A DNA stretch of 64,000 nucleotides from Lama guanicoe (lineage: Eukaryota): positions 202,220 to 266,219 of the forward strand of contig MU053184.1 in the NCBI GenBank assembly GCA_013239625.1. The letters are read 5' to 3'. Of the stretch, positions 62,909 through 64,000 are shown piece by piece. The translations under genes and the position numbers were made by a program. Position 1 is the stretch's first letter. The number at the start of each line of letters is the position of its first letter. The notes under the pieces were generated by a model. That model was not told where the DNA came from. It was given only the letters and a program-made list of their open reading frames with translations, and searched no databases.

Positions 62909-63834
62909 GGGATGAGGATATCTACTTACTAGATTGTTTAAAGGTCAAATAAGGTAATGTATAAATATGATGGCCAGGAGGCGGTAGTTATTATAATTAT
63001 AAGCACAGTTACTGTTATTTGCATGCCCAGGATATACTCAGTGAGTATTTGAAATAAACAGAATGTCAATAAACAAGTAAATGTTGGCCTGAATTCATTT
63101 ACTTCATTGTCCCATTATTTACTTCTAATCATTCAGTATTGATTCTTTTAGATATTGAAGATTCATATTCTTTTAGAGAGGGGCTTATTAGTTGATATTA
63201 GGTAAGCGTTTTTTTTTTTTTCTTAAAATGTAGTTGAGCCCCTGGTCACTTGTATTTATGGCTGTAGGCAAGAGGGTTGATGAAAAAGAATGAGAGAAGA
63301 AAGTATGGGGCTAAGATTCAGGAAATTTTAGTCCTGGCTCTGCCACTAATGAAAAATAAGGCCTGTAGAAATTCCTTTACTATATCTGGAATTTTGTCCT
63401 CCTCAAGTTTAAAGTAGGATGCCTTCCATCACCCTCATGAAATTATGTATTATATGTGTTCCTGATTTTGTCTTCATGTTATAATATTTTATAAAATAAT
63501 AAAGGCTGTGTGTGACTTGCTTCATGAGTGTCCAACACTACAACAAATATGTGTGAGCTCACATTAGCTGTGTGAACTTCCTTACTCCATCTCCCATTAG
63601 CTGTGTGAACTTCAATAGGTCACCTGCCCTTTCTGGTCTTGTACTTTCTCAGCTCCAAAATGAGGGGTTGGCTTAAATGGTCTTTCCAAGCACCTACTGC
63701 TCTAAATTTCTGGCATTGTAGGCTAGCAGCCCACTGCCTTCACCACACACACATCTGCCCCATCACACTGATGCTGCAATGTCATTGCTGTGATTTCCTA
63801 CCAGCGGAAGCGACTGTCACTAGTTCTACATGCC

Positions 63835-64000
63835 TCTTTTTTTTTAATTGAAGTATAGTCAGTTTACAATGTTGTGTCAATTTCTGGTGTACAGCACTAT
63901 ACTTCAGTCATATAGGAACATATGTCTATTAATTTTCATATTCTTTTTCACCATAAGTTACTAAAAGAATATATATATATTTTTCCCCTGTGCTATACAG
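63835..64000 (-). mobile_element. Young L1 3' end (camelid/cetartiodactyl type), runs off the window
   Basis: ttttaattgaagtatagtcagtttacaatgttgtgtcaatttctggtgtacagc...ccctgtgctatacag. Confidence 0.9.

Noticed and set aside
63562..63613. 19-bp direct repeat with a 14-bp spacer (CRISPR-like)
   Set aside because: Only two units, MIR-derived, in a eukaryotic context; simple local duplication (similar ones at ~20470-20525 and ~37933-37968)
1..64000. Novel multi-gene or prokaryote-type system (operon, CRISPR, defence island)
   Set aside because: Mammalian repeat-rich non-coding DNA with no intact genes recognised

Overview
Mammalian (eutherian) genomic DNA, most likely from a camelid: it carries a tRNA-Ala-derived SINE of the camelid type at 59579-59678 and a camelid-type L1 3' end at the right edge. 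I recognise no known protein-coding exon, and the supplied ORFs are chance or repeat-derived. The window is dominated by old interspersed repeats: many MIR and L2, several L1, hAT-Charlie MITEs (MER5, MER20, MER58), MER53, Tigger2 derivatives, and solo LTRs (MER34-like, MLT1, LTR16C). A CpG island at ~13.2-14.2 kb has promoter hallmarks (NRF1-like, BANP-like, CTCF-like and HSE-like motifs) and may drive a spliced, probably non-coding or 5'-UTR transcript, with candidate exons at 25506-25612 and 31197-31208. The least obvious signals came from manual translation. Two adjacent, heavily decayed autonomous-element fossils lie on the minus strand: a BED-finger hAT transposase (~16.2-18.7 kb, split by an L1) and a near full-length RTE-clade LINE ORF (endonuclease + RT, ~19.2-21.5 kb). 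Also notable are a ~165-bp local duplication that copied one MER53 terminal repeat, and a multi-layer nested TE stack at 60.7-63.0 kb. Repeat family names come from recalled consensus sequences, not from a database search. Boundaries are approximate unless TIRs or TSDs are cited. I found no evidence of a novel multi-gene system.
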